Part shown: positions 29,638-39,783 of the stretch, piece by piece
Position numbering within the stretch: position 1 is the stretch's first letter
Layout of the letters: each line of letters opens with the position of its first letter
Origin: an uncultured Acidimicrobiales bacterium
GTDB lineage: Bacteria > Actinomycetota > Acidimicrobiia > Acidimicrobiales > UBA10347
DNA length: 64,000 nt
Direction of reading: 5' to 3'
Assembly (NCBI GenBank): GCA_943788915.1
Contig: CALSSD010000006.1
Coordinates: forward strand, 1-64,000
Notes under the pieces: model-generated
What the model saw: the letters and a program-made list of their open reading frames with translations, nothing else
Databases searched by the model: none
Told to the model about the DNA's origin: nothing
Translations under genes and position numbers: made by a program

Positions 29638-32276
29638 TTAGGGCAGGGTGAAAACCACATAACCACGGGCGGCCCCTGCCACAAACAGTCCGTTGCCAGC
29701 CTGGATGAGATGGGGGTTCACGATGCCGGGAATGTCGACGAGTGTGGTTGGTTCGGACTCGGGAGAGGTCAGGTCCCATAACCGCACTCGGCCGTCATCG
29801 CCGGTCGAGATCAACCGGTCATTCGACAGAGCGACCAATGAGATCGTTCGTGATCGCTGGCCGTTTAACCGGATGTGGTCCTGGGCGAGACCTTCGACGG
29901 TATAGATGTAGATGCCATCGCTACCAGCCGACGCAATACGACCGTCGGGAAGTTCGATAACCACATCGACGGGTGCCGTGTGGAGATCGAAGACAGGGAT
30001 CTGGTCTGGATTATCGAAGTCGAGGATGCGTACGGTCATGTCTTGGCCAGCAGACGCGACCAAACCGCTGACCAAAGCCACGACGTCGTTTACCCCGCTG
30101 CCGTGAGCCTCAATCGATCCGACTTCCTCGGCGAAGTCATGGAAACGCACTGACCCGTCAGCATGGCCGGTGACGACACCGAGCGATTCTCGAACATCAA
30201 GCGATGTCGCTCCGGGGCCGACGTTGAATTCAACCGGTCCGCTGGCATCACCCGTTGGCTGGCTTACCCGCAGCACGCTCGACGCGTCGAGTGAGACGAC
30301 GTCGCCGGTTTGAAGGCTGGCGACACCAACGACCGGTGCATCGTGCTGGGTGAGAAGCCGTGGTTCCGACAGTTCTGATGTGCTGGCTACTACGACTTTG
30401 CCATCGATGCCGCCGGTTACGAACAGGTCATTGTCCCATGCGTGGACTGCAGACAGGTTCCAGTCATGAGGTGCAATGACTGGACGGCTCGGTGGCACGG
30501 TGAGGTCCCACACTCGGCCAGTTCCGTCGCCACTTGTTGAGACCAACCGGCCATCGGGTAAGACATCGATTCCACTGATGATGTCACCGTGGCCTTCGAG
30601 GACTCGAAGTTGGGTCTTGGTGGTGAGGTCCCACAGCCGGATTGTGGTGTCGTCGCCGCCAGAGGCAAGTGCCGAGGTTCCATCAGGAAGCGTGATTTGG
30701 AACAACGAACGAATAGCTCCGATATGACCAGGCAGTACGAGCGGATCCGATGCGCCGTCCTCGGCGAGAACAACGTGGATGTCGCCGTCGACCGATGCTG
30801 CGGCGATACGACCATCGGCGAGCACAATCATCGCTGTCACTGGTGCGCCGAGTGTGGCGATCTGCCCGGGAGTATCTGCGCCGTTGGCTGGCCATAGCCG
30901 GATCACCCCGTCGACCGCGGCGGTAGCGATGGAGCCGTCGGGTAATGCTGCGACCGAGGTGACCTCGACATCGTGGGGGAGGATGACACGGTCAGTAGGT
31001 GAGTCAAGCGCGAAGACGTCGACGTCGCCGTCGACCGATGCAATCGCTAGCCGACCATCAGTTAGTTCAGCAGCGGCCGAGATTGCGACAGTGTGAACAG
31101 CGACGACGACCGGTTCTGAGACATCGACAAGATCGATGATGCTCACATTGCCAGCAGTATCGCCCGCGATAATCCGTTGATCGAGCGTGCGTTCCAGAAC
31201 TGTCAGCGGCAGACGGAACATTGAGAACGTCGGGGTCAGCCAAGGTCACGTCGGCGCCCCAATCGACGAGTCGACGGTCGGCCCCCGAGGTGAGCACACG
31301 GCCATCGTCGGAGACCACGACACCGGTGATCGCTGCGGTGTGGCCGGTGAGAACGGCCCGGTTCGCGGGACTAACTGCGTAGGTTGACGCAGCTATCTGG
31401 GCGGTCCCAGAGTTCAGGATCGGTGTTGTTTCTGCCCAGAATGTCGGCACCTCGGGTGTGGGTTCAGGTGGGAGTGTGGGCGCTGCTGTAGGTGCCGCTG
31501 TCGGCTGGGACGTGGCTGGTTCTGTGTCCGCATCGACGGTTGCCGTAGCGATATCTGGAGGGGTTGTAGTTGCTTCGACGGCGTCATCGCGTTGGGTGTA
31601 CCAATACCAGCCACCAAAGCCAATAGCACCGAGAAGTAGGAGGGCGAAGAATGTTCCGGCGATTGGCTTCCATGGGCGTTTCGGGCCATAGAGACGGACG
31701 TCGTCTTCCTCGTCGATCTTGTCGCTACGCAGGAAGGCAGGTGCCTCGACCCAGTCATCAGCCAGATCTGGCGGGGGAAGGGCAGGAGCGGGAGAGACAG
31801 CAGGTTGTGCGAAGTGGGCAACGGGCAGGTCTTCGTCGGTGCCCCTCGTGCCGAGCGCCACCGTGTCTGTCGCAAACGTGGTGTCAGCTTCGAAGGAGGA
31901 GTCATCGGCGGCGCCATCCAAAGCCTGGCCGTCTTCGCCATCGTTGTCGTGGCCGTCGTCGAACGTGGCGTCTTCGACGGACTCTGGCTGACCATTGGGG
32001 TCGGAACTCGATGGAGAAGCGGGACGCTTCTTCATCCACGCCTGCGACAACTCCTACGAGGGTGTTTGCTCGTTCGGCCCGAGCGGGCGAAAACAGCTCG
32101 CCCAATCGATCAGCAACGTTGTCGCCAAGGTCGTTGATCTGAAGATCCGCATAGGCAGATGTTCTGATCGTCTCGGCGATCGTGCCAACCTCCCCAAGTG
32201 TCTCCGGGCTTAGTTGATCGTTATGTTCTGCTGCCCACTGTTCGAGGGCTGCGGCAACGCGCACACACTTCTCCAC
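29638..32276 (-). CDS. Membrane-anchored WD40-repeat protein, split by frameshifts at ~32003 and ~31210
   Basis: Three overlapping ORFs (31902..32276, 31067..32050, 29638..31221) join with single-base edits; TM IAGTFFALLLLGAIGFGGWYWY, P/T-rich linker, then GH...WD repeats (ASGGDDTTIRLWD, STSGDGTGRVWD). Confidence 0.8.
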
Positions 32277-32352
32277 CGTTTATTGTGTCGTTTATCATCG
32301 CAGGTCGATGCTGGCACGGGGTGTATAGGGGCGAGTTGTATATGGTTTGAGC

Positions 32353-33285
32353 GTGGCCCTTGACCTGATGCCGGTGAGCACAGAAGCACCTCGCTGTAGT
32401 GAGTTTGCTCGTTCGATTGGCGTTCTCCCACCCGGATCGGGCTTGTTTCTCGAACGAGTCATTCTGGTGGCGGTCCCGCTGCCGTGGCCAAAGCCCGCGC
32501 TGAAACACGAGATGCTTGCACCACTAAGCCCTTTGGTCGCTGGGTCAGCGGTGATCAGCCGACTCTTCGCTATGGAACCGAACAGTGCACGTAGTGATGT
32601 CGAGGTCTACGAACGTTCGGGCGCCACGACCGAAGTACATCGGTGGCAGCTCGCCGAAACCGACGACCTTACGAGCGCGATAACCGCGATTGCCGGCTGT
32701 CCAATCGGGTCGCTCGGAGCTCTTCCGCTGGCAAAGGTCGCGTGCCCCACGGTGTCGCCAACCTTTTTGGTCTGCACCCAGGGCAGCCATGACAGCTGTT
32801 GCGGCACCAGCGGGGTAGCGCTCGCCGACGAGATCGAGGCAACGCGCCCTGACTTTGTGGTGCGTCGTGTCAGCCACACGGGCGGCCATCGTTTCTCGCC
32901 GACGTTTCTTTCATTTCCTGAAGGTCGCATGTGGGCGTTCGCAGATATCGAGCTGGTCGATCGCATTGGTGCAGGCACCGTTTCCTCCCACGACGTCAGC
33001 AACCATGCCCGAGGCTGGTGGGGGGCCAAGGTCGGACCAGCCCAAGTAGCCGAGTGTGCTGTGCGAGCTGAGCGGGCGGGCGCTGGGTTCACGGAACCAC
33101 ATATCGAACCAATCGAGGGCAACGATGGCACGCCGGCATCACATTTTCGGGTGACCTCCGACGACACCTCATGGGACGTGCATGTCCGAGTTAAACGGGC
33201 TATCCCGTCGATCGCCTGTGAGACAGCAGGGGGACTTCCCGCCAAGCCGGGTCGAGAGTTCGCCTGGTCGATCGAGCGCATATGA
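32353..33285 (+). CDS. Sucrase/ferredoxin-like (thioredoxin-like [2Fe-2S]) protein
   Basis: C-X8-C (CTQGSHDSCC) and HTGGH motifs; TATGGT 6 nt before GTG 32353. Confidence 0.85.
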   Translation: MALDLMPVSTEAPRCSEFARSIGVLPPGSGLFLERVILVAVPLPWPKPALKHEMLAPLSPLVAGSAVISRLFAMEPNSARSDVEVYERSGATTEVHRWQLAETDDLTSAITAIAGCPIGSLGALPLAKVACPTVSPTFLVCTQGSHDSCCGTSGVALADEIEATRPDFVVRRVSHTGGHRFSPTFLSFPEGRMWAFADIELVDRIGAGTVSSHDVSNHARGWWGAKVGPAQVAECAVRAERAGAGFTEPHIEPIEGNDGTPASHFRVTSDDTSWDVHVRVKRAIPSIACETAGGLPAKPGREFAWSIERI

Positions 33286-33310
33286 CCTCCCAAGTGGCAA
33301 GGTTGAGGTC

Positions 33311-34243
33311 ATGAGCGATTACATCGGCAGCAGCTCGTCAGATCCTGCTGCCGACCCTCCCGACCCACGTCCACAGCCGATCGCTGGTGCTGCGTCCCAG
33401 GCCCCCGTGTCGCCCCGCTCTGGCTTGATCTCATCGGCGTCGGCACCGGTAGCGGGCCGCGTTTTCGAGGTCTGGGCCGATTCCACCGAGGATGCGGCCG
33501 AAGACGATCGGACACAAGGGTCCAGCCCTGTACCAGATGTGGCGAGGGAGACACCAGCCATCGAGCTGACTGCGGTCGAATGCCGAGTGTTGGGGGCGAT
33601 GATCGAGAAGTCCTACCTGACACCGGACATCTACCCAATGACCACCAATGCGATGGTCACGGCCTGCAACCAGAAGACGAATCGAGATCCAGTCGTCGAC
33701 TTTTCGGCAGTGCTGATCGACACCACACTGATGGAAATGCGGGAGCGCAATCTTGTGCGCCGGGTGCACTCGCCAGGATCCCGCTCCATGAAACACCGCC
33801 AAACACTCGACGAAGCACTCGCTCTGAACGATCAACAATTGGCGCTGATGTCGGTGCTGCTGCTTCGAGGACCACAAACAATCGGGGAACTCCGCCTTCG
33901 TACCGAACGCCACGATGTGGGGTTTGAAGATCTTGATGCCGTCGATGCGTGCCTTGCATCGTTGGCGAATCGTTCGACTCCGCTAGTGCACCAGCTACCC
34001 CGTCAGCCAGGTCATAAGGAGAACCGGTGGCTGCATCTCTTGTCTGATGCCGTTGCTACCGAGCACGCCCTGACCGTCGACCAGGACACGTCGTTTGCAC
34101 AACCAACGCAGCCTGGTGCACTGGGCTCAGCTGCAGACAAGTCGGGGCTCACCGACCGACTCGAAGATCTTGAGACGCAGGTCGCCACGCTGCAACGCCA
34201 ACTCGCTTCACTTGCCGAGAAGCTCGGCGAGCCACTCGAGTAG
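33311..34243 (+). CDS. DUF480/YceH family protein with a low-complexity N-terminal extension
   Basis: E.RVLGAMIEK...TPDIYPMT.N....ACNQKTNRDPV, LLLRGPQTIGELR.RTER, C-terminal coiled coil. Confidence 0.88.
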   Translation: MSDYIGSSSSDPAADPPDPRPQPIAGAASQAPVSPRSGLISSASAPVAGRVFEVWADSTEDAAEDDRTQGSSPVPDVARETPAIELTAVECRVLGAMIEKSYLTPDIYPMTTNAMVTACNQKTNRDPVVDFSAVLIDTTLMEMRERNLVRRVHSPGSRSMKHRQTLDEALALNDQQLALMSVLLLRGPQTIGELRLRTERHDVGFEDLDAVDACLASLANRSTPLVHQLPRQPGHKENRWLHLLSDAVATEHALTVDQDTSFAQPTQPGALGSAADKSGLTDRLEDLETQVATLQRQLASLAEKLGEPLE

Positions 34244-34248
34244 CGATC

Positions 34249-34896
34249 GTGCACATCGTTGTTGTTGCCAACGGCGAGCTGCCGTCGCCACATGCCGCCG
34301 AGATGGCTCAGGTCTTTGCCGATGCAGACCAGCTGGTGGCTGTCGACGGTGGACTTGTCCATTGTGTGGATCTTGGTGTCTGGCCGTCTGTCCTACTTGG
34401 CGACCTTGACTCTGCGCCCCCGACGCTGGTCGAACAAGCCAACCTGCACCAGGTTCGATTGCTGACATTTCCGGCTGACAAGGATGCAACCGACCTTGAG
34501 TTGGCCTTCGAGTTCGCTGCCGATGCAGGTGCGACGAAACTGACTGTTGTCGCAGGATTCGGGGGCCGCCTCGACCATGAGCTGGCCACCATTGCGCTGC
34601 TTGCCTCTGACCGGTGGTGTGACATAACAGTGACCGCCACCGATGGCCAGCGTTTACTCCACGTCGTACGAAGTAGCTGCATCCTTGCGTTGGCCGTGGG
34701 TGCGACCGTCTCGCTTGTTCCGTGGCACGACGACGTGGTCGGAGTCACCACACAGGGTCTGCGGTGGCCGCTGCGCAACGAGACACTTGAGCTGGGGACC
34801 ACTCGGGGCGTGAGCAACCTGGCCGAAGAATCCTCGCAGAGTGTGACGGTTGGGAGCGGCGTGTTGTTCGTCATTGCTGACGCAGGACAGGAATGA
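34249..34896 (+). CDS. thiN: Thiamine pyrophosphokinase
   Basis: AVDGG, GDLDS, DKDATDLELA, GGRLDHEL, GLRWPL, GVSN. Confidence 0.92.
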   Translation: MHIVVVANGELPSPHAAEMAQVFADADQLVAVDGGLVHCVDLGVWPSVLLGDLDSAPPTLVEQANLHQVRLLTFPADKDATDLELAFEFAADAGATKLTVVAGFGGRLDHELATIALLASDRWCDITVTATDGQRLLHVVRSSCILALAVGATVSLVPWHDDVVGVTTQGLRWPLRNETLELGTTRGVSNLAEESSQSVTVGSGVLFVIADAGQE

Positions 34897-34933
34897 CACA
34901 GCGCAGGAATGACACAGCGCAGGAATGACGCAG
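34888..34933 (+). repeat. 16-bp tandem repeat (CAGGAATGACACAGCG, ~2.7 copies) overlapping the thiN stop
   Basis: Copies start at 34888, 34904 and 34920. Confidence 0.85.
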
Positions 34934-35004
34934 GGCCGGAATCACTCAGGAACGTGACTCGAGACACGCTTCTCCCAAGCGGGGGCAGCTGTTGGCGTGG
35001 ATGA

Positions 35005-36060
35005 CTAGTGGTGCTTATTGGGATTGCTAACCAAGTCGTGTGCACCGGCCAAGCCAGATACCAATACTTCGAGAACATCTTCGAGGGTGATGATGCCGAT
35101 GGCCTGGCCGTCAGCCATTGCCAGTGCAAAATGCTGGCGATTGACCTGCAGCATCTCGAGAGCGTCCTCGACGGCCATGCGGTGGTCTACCGGTAGCAGG
35201 CGACGTTTGCGGTGAGCCGGCAACGGTTCTGCCCAGACCTTGTCGTCGACCGATAACAGATCCTTGGCATGCACCCAACCAATGAGGTTGCCGCGTTCGC
35301 TGGTGAGAGCAAGTCGGCTGTGCCCACTTGCAGCCATGCTTCGTTCGATCTCTGCGACCGATGCGTTCGCGGGAGCGGTCGCAACTTGGTCGAGGGGCAC
35401 GACAGCGTTTTCGATCGAGGCACCGCCGAGCTCAAGCGTGTTCGAGAGCAGCATGAAGTCGTATCCCTCGAGAATTCGACCGTCGCGAGCCTCTTCGAGC
35501 AGCTTGCCGAGTTCCTCAGGAGTCTTGGCCGACGCCCGTTCGTCGAGTGCGGTCACACCCATTGCCCGCAGCACCAGATTGGCAAGTGAGTTCAACAACC
35601 ACACGAGCGGGCGGGCGAATCGGACGAATGCCCCATGGATCGGGGCAAGCCACATGGATGTGCGAGGTGCGTCGGCGAGTGCGATGTTTTTTGGCACCAT
35701 TTCACCGATAAGGATGTGCAGGAACGTTACGAACGACAGCGCAATGATGAGACCAACGGTGTGACGGGCGCCTTCGCCCAGCCCAGATAGCAGGGTATTT
35801 TCGAGGAGTTTGGCGACCGACGGCTCGGCGACCAAACCGAGCGCAATCGAACACATCGTGATACCCAACTGGGCACCAGCGATCTGTGTATTGAGGTCGG
35901 TAATTGCAGCCAACGCAATTCGTGCTCGTTTGTTACCTTCGTTCGCCTTTTCTTCAAGCTGGGCGCGCTGGGTAGCGATCAGGCCGAACTCGACCGCTAC
36001 AAAGAAGCCGTTCGCGATCAGCAGGAGTAGAGCGACGAGGAGTGCTACACCAGTGCTCAT
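35005..36060 (-). CDS. CNNM/CBS-domain (hemolysin-family, CorC-like) protein
   Basis: NGFFVAVEF, AQLGIT, GEMVPKN, GHSR, GIITLEDVLE. Confidence 0.92.
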   Translation of the reverse strand: MSTGVALLVALLLLIANGFFVAVEFGLIATQRAQLEEKANEGNKRARIALAAITDLNTQIAGAQLGITMCSIALGLVAEPSVAKLLENTLLSGLGEGARHTVGLIIALSFVTFLHILIGEMVPKNIALADAPRTSMWLAPIHGAFVRFARPLVWLLNSLANLVLRAMGVTALDERASAKTPEELGKLLEEARDGRILEGYDFMLLSNTLELGGASIENAVVPLDQVATAPANASVAEIERSMAASGHSRLALTSERGNLIGWVHAKDLLSVDDKVWAEPLPAHRKRRLLPVDHRMAVEDALEMLQVNRQHFALAMADGQAIGIITLEDVLEVLVSGLAGAHDLVSNPNKHH

Positions 36061-37373
36061 CGTTCATCCTCCACAGCGACTGGTGGAAGGGCAGTTATCC
36101 GAACCTTAGCGATTCGCCATCGATCCATTTCGATGATCTCGAACGACCACTGTTGCCAGTCGAACTGGTCGCCTAGCGCCGGGATACGTTGGAGTTGATC
36201 GAGAGCGAAGCCAGCGATTGTTTCAAAGTCACCTTCGGGAATGGCAAGTCCGGTCGCTTCTTCGACCTCGTCGGGGTGCATGCCTCCTGCAATCAGGAAC
36301 TGGCCATCGCCCACTTCCTGGACATGGTCGGCGGTCTTTCGGTCATGTTCATCATCGATCTCGCCGACGATTTCCTCGACGATGTCTTCGATGGTCACGA
36401 TGCCGGCAAGACCACCGTGTTCGTCGAGAACAAACGCAAGATGGCGGTCGTCGCTGTACATCTCGTCGAGCAACGAATCGAGTTCACGAGCTTCAGGGAC
36501 CACGAATGCGTCGGTCATACAGTCGCTTACGTTCACTGAAGCGCGCTGGTCAGGCGCGACACCCAAGGCCGACTTGACGTGTACGACCCCGAGCACATCA
36601 TCGGTGTCGTCACCTATGACCGGGAAACGTGAGTGGCCGGTCTGGCTCGAGAGGCGGCAGACATCGGCGAGTGTGTCGTCGCTCTCGACGACAGTGAGGT
36701 CGACGCGTGGGACCAGGATGTCACCAGCAGACTTTTCGGCGAATCGGATCGTGCGGGTGAGCCTGGTTACATCTTCTGGGTCGAGTGTGCCCTGTTCGCC
36801 CGATGCACGGATCACAAATTCGAGTTCGCTCATCGAAGTGATGCCGTGGAGCTCGTCGCTTGGTTCCATGCCCAACTTCTCGACGATTGCATCGGCCATG
36901 CCGTTGACAACCGTGACCACCGGGCGAACGATGAATCCCCACACCGCGATACCTCGAGCGAGGACCTTCAATACTGGGATGGGCTCGGCGATAGCGAGTG
37001 TTTTCGGCACAACCTCGCCCATGACCACCTGCAAGATGTTGGCCAGAGCGAACGAGATGGCGACGGTAAGCCAACTCGAGGTGTCTTCGCCGACAAGCGG
37101 GTCGATGAGAGGGCTCAGCAGGCGCCGACCAACGGGTGCCGCGAGGAACCCGAAGACCAGGGAGGAGATCGTGATGCCGACTTGCGCGGCGGACAGATGA
37201 AATGAGAGTTCTGTCAAAAGCTTTTGCACCGTGGTCCACGGCTTCTTGCCTTCGGACGCTCGCAGCGCGACCTGGGCCCGGTCGACTGCGACGAGCGCAA
37301 ACTCGTCCGCGACAAAGAACGCGTTGGCGCCGATCAAGGAAATCACGGCAAGAAGTGACAGGGCAGTGCTCAA
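36057..37373 (-). CDS. CNNM/CBS/CorC-domain (hemolysin-family) protein
   Basis: NAFFVADEFA, GEVVPK, GHSRFPV, DEHGGLAGIVTIEDIVEEIVGEIDDEHD, ETIAGF. Confidence 0.92.
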   Translation of the reverse strand: MSTALSLLAVISLIGANAFFVADEFALVAVDRAQVALRASEGKKPWTTVQKLLTELSFHLSAAQVGITISSLVFGFLAAPVGRRLLSPLIDPLVGEDTSSWLTVAISFALANILQVVMGEVVPKTLAIAEPIPVLKVLARGIAVWGFIVRPVVTVVNGMADAIVEKLGMEPSDELHGITSMSELEFVIRASGEQGTLDPEDVTRLTRTIRFAEKSAGDILVPRVDLTVVESDDTLADVCRLSSQTGHSRFPVIGDDTDDVLGVVHVKSALGVAPDQRASVNVSDCMTDAFVVPEARELDSLLDEMYSDDRHLAFVLDEHGGLAGIVTIEDIVEEIVGEIDDEHDRKTADHVQEVGDGQFLIAGGMHPDEVEEATGLAIPEGDFETIAGFALDQLQRIPALGDQFDWQQWSFEIIEMDRWRIAKVRITALPPVAVEDER

Positions 37374-37465
37374 GAGTTACGGAGTGTAGAACTTCACGGA
37401 TCGTGTGAGGCTGTTCTTAGCCATGCCGCGCCCGGTGGGCAGTGACGGCCATGTAGTCTGGCGTG

Positions 37466-38861
37466 ATGCGCAAGCGGCTCATGTTGGCTGTGGTGGCCGT
37501 GAGTCTGCTGTTGGTCGTTCCAGTTGACGCGCAGACGTCGCTGGATCAAGCACGAGAAGACGTAGCTGGCGCCACAGACAGGCTCGAGGCCTTCCTCGAG
37601 GATCTCGACACGACCCAGCGCCGGGGCAACGAACTCGCGGCCCTGTTTTGGCAGGCACAAGCCGGGCTTGAAGCACTCGACATCGAGATCGTCAACAATG
37701 AAGCAGCGGCAGCGGAGTTGGCGACCCAGATAGCTGATCTTCGTGCAGAAGTGAAGATCATCGCGGTTGATCAGTACATGAGTCGAGCCGATGACATCGA
37801 TGTTGGCGACCATGAGTCTGAGTCCGATCGTGCTGCGGCCGAAGCACTCGCACGACTCGTGATCGGCGTCGACAACACTGCTATTGATCAGCTAGCGGTG
37901 ATCGGTGCTGAGTCTGACCGGCTGAGCGCATCGCTCGCCATCCAACGTTCGGAGCAGGCAGCGACGTTGGCCGAGGTGCAGTCGACCCAACAATCGATTG
38001 CCGACGAGCTGGAACGGCTCGCGCGGTTGCGCTCCGCTGTCGCTGCCGAGTTGCTTGATCTCGAGGACGCGCTTGGAGAACTGGAACAGGCTGAGTCTGA
38101 ACGACAAGCTGCCGCAGCGGAACAAGAACGTATTGTCGAAGAACGTCGTCGGGCCGAAGCCGCTGCGGCAGCTGCGGCTGAACTTGCCCGTCGGGTACCG
38201 ACACCAGCACCGACACCAGCACCGACCCCGGTACCGACGGTGATGCCGACGCCGACGGTTGTGGCGACGGTGGTTCCTAATCCGCAGTTGCCTGACCCGA
38301 CGCCGACGGTTGTGGCGACGGTGGTTCCTAATCCGCAGTTGCCTGACCCGACGCCGACGGTTGTGCCGACGGTGGTTCCTAATCCGCAGTTGCCTGACCC
38401 GACTGCCGACGGTTGTGCCGACGGTCGTTCCCAATCCGCAACCATCAACGCCGCTCACCTCAACCGGAGGCGGCATTGTCTGCCCACTTGGCGGGCCGTT
38501 TACTCACATCGATGACTTCAGTGCGCCCCGCGTATACGGCGGTGTCCACCGAGCGAATGACCTGATCGCGGCGCAGGGTACACCTGTATTGGCTGCAGCC
38601 TCGGGGTCCATCGATCATCGCAGCAGCAGCGTTGGAGGCATGTCCGCTCACCTCAAAGGCGACAACGGTGACTATTACTTCTACACCCATCTCTCAGGTT
38701 ACGAGAACGTTGGCGCCGGCTACGTCACGGCCGGAACCGTGATTGGTTATGTCGGCATGACCGGCAACGCCCCGATCCCGCACCTGCACTTCGAGATTCA
38801 CTCGGGCGGCTACGGCAACTATTCGAACCCGTATGGACCTGTTCGCTCGGCCTGCTTCTGA
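37466..38861 (+). CDS. Secreted coiled-coil M23 family peptidase, frameshifted at 38404
   Basis: Signal peptide, long coiled coil and P/T/V repeats; the M23 domain (HRAND, YTHL, PHLHFEIH) is in the next frame. The extra T at 38404 is visible against the repeat unit. Confidence 0.85.
38246..38440 (+). repeat. 51-bp coding tandem repeat (PTPTVVATVVPNPQLPD, ~3.8 copies)
   Basis: Units start at 38246, 38297, 38348 and 38399. Confidence 0.92.
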
Positions 38862-38897
38862 CCAATGTTTCCCGGTCTCTCCGCCTGTTTCTCGGAA

Positions 38898-39665
38898 CTA
38901 GAAGCCGGTGGCGTGAAACCCGCCGTCGACATGCACGATCTCGCCTGTCGTGGCGGTGAAGAAATCACTGAGCATCGCGACCGTGGTGCGGGCAACCGGT
39001 TCGGTGTTGTTCTGATCCCAACCCAAGGGAGCTCGATCACTCCATGCATCTTCGAGTTCGCTGAAGCCAGGAATTGACTTGGCCGCGATCGAACGAATCG
39101 GTCCGGCTGATACCAGGTTCACCCGGATGCCTTGGGGTCCGAGGTTCTTTGCGAGATAACGAGAAGTGGACTCAAAGGCGGCCTTGGCAACACCCATCCA
39201 GTTGTATGCCGGCCACGCAACGGTGGCGTCAAAGTCCATACCGACGATCGACCCGCCGTTTGGCATGAGCGGCACGACGATCTCGGCAAGTGTCTTAAGC
39301 GAATAGGCGGAAATTTCGACGGCGACCGAAACATCTTCCCACGGGGCGTCCATGAATTCGCCGCCCAGGCACGACGCAGGAGCAAAGCCAATTGCGTGAA
39401 CGGCCCCGTCGATGGTGCCGTAGGTATCAGCCAAGGTCTTGCTCAGGTCTTTCACCTGTTGCGGGTCGGTGACGTCGAGTTCAAGTACTGCCGGTTCTGG
39501 GTCAAGTTTGCGGGCGGTGCGTTTCGTCAGACTCAGTCCGCGGCCGGCGCCAGTCAAGATGACCTCGGCCCCTTCCTGTTGCGCAGTCTTGGCGACGCCG
39601 AAGGCAATCGAGGCGTCGGTAAGTACGCCGGTCACAAGAATTCGTTTTCCATCAAGAATGCCCAT
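38898..39665 (-). CDS. fabI: Enoyl-ACP reductase (InhA/FabI type)
   Basis: ILVTGVLTDASIAF, HAIGFAP, MDFDATVAWPAYNWMGVAK, AGPIRS, TTGEIVHVDGG. Confidence 0.93.
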   Translation of the reverse strand: MGILDGKRILVTGVLTDASIAFGVAKTAQQEGAEVILTGAGRGLSLTKRTARKLDPEPAVLELDVTDPQQVKDLSKTLADTYGTIDGAVHAIGFAPASCLGGEFMDAPWEDVSVAVEISAYSLKTLAEIVVPLMPNGGSIVGMDFDATVAWPAYNWMGVAKAAFESTSRYLAKNLGPQGIRVNLVSAGPIRSIAAKSIPGFSELEDAWSDRAPLGWDQNNTEPVARTTVAMLSDFFTATTGEIVHVDGGFHATGF

Positions 39666-39783
39666 AGTGGGTTCCAACCTAGTGGGTAGAGGAGCAGTGC
39701 CCAGATGATCCGCAACGGCAAGTCGTTTGTTGCACCTCGTCACCACTACTCTTGCCGTCGTGGCAACCAGCGAACAGTCGTCC

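Noticed and set aside
33286..34249. TPP riboswitch upstream of thiN
   Set aside because: thiN starts 5 nt after the previous stop and no CTGAGA...CCTGA core is arranged upstream.
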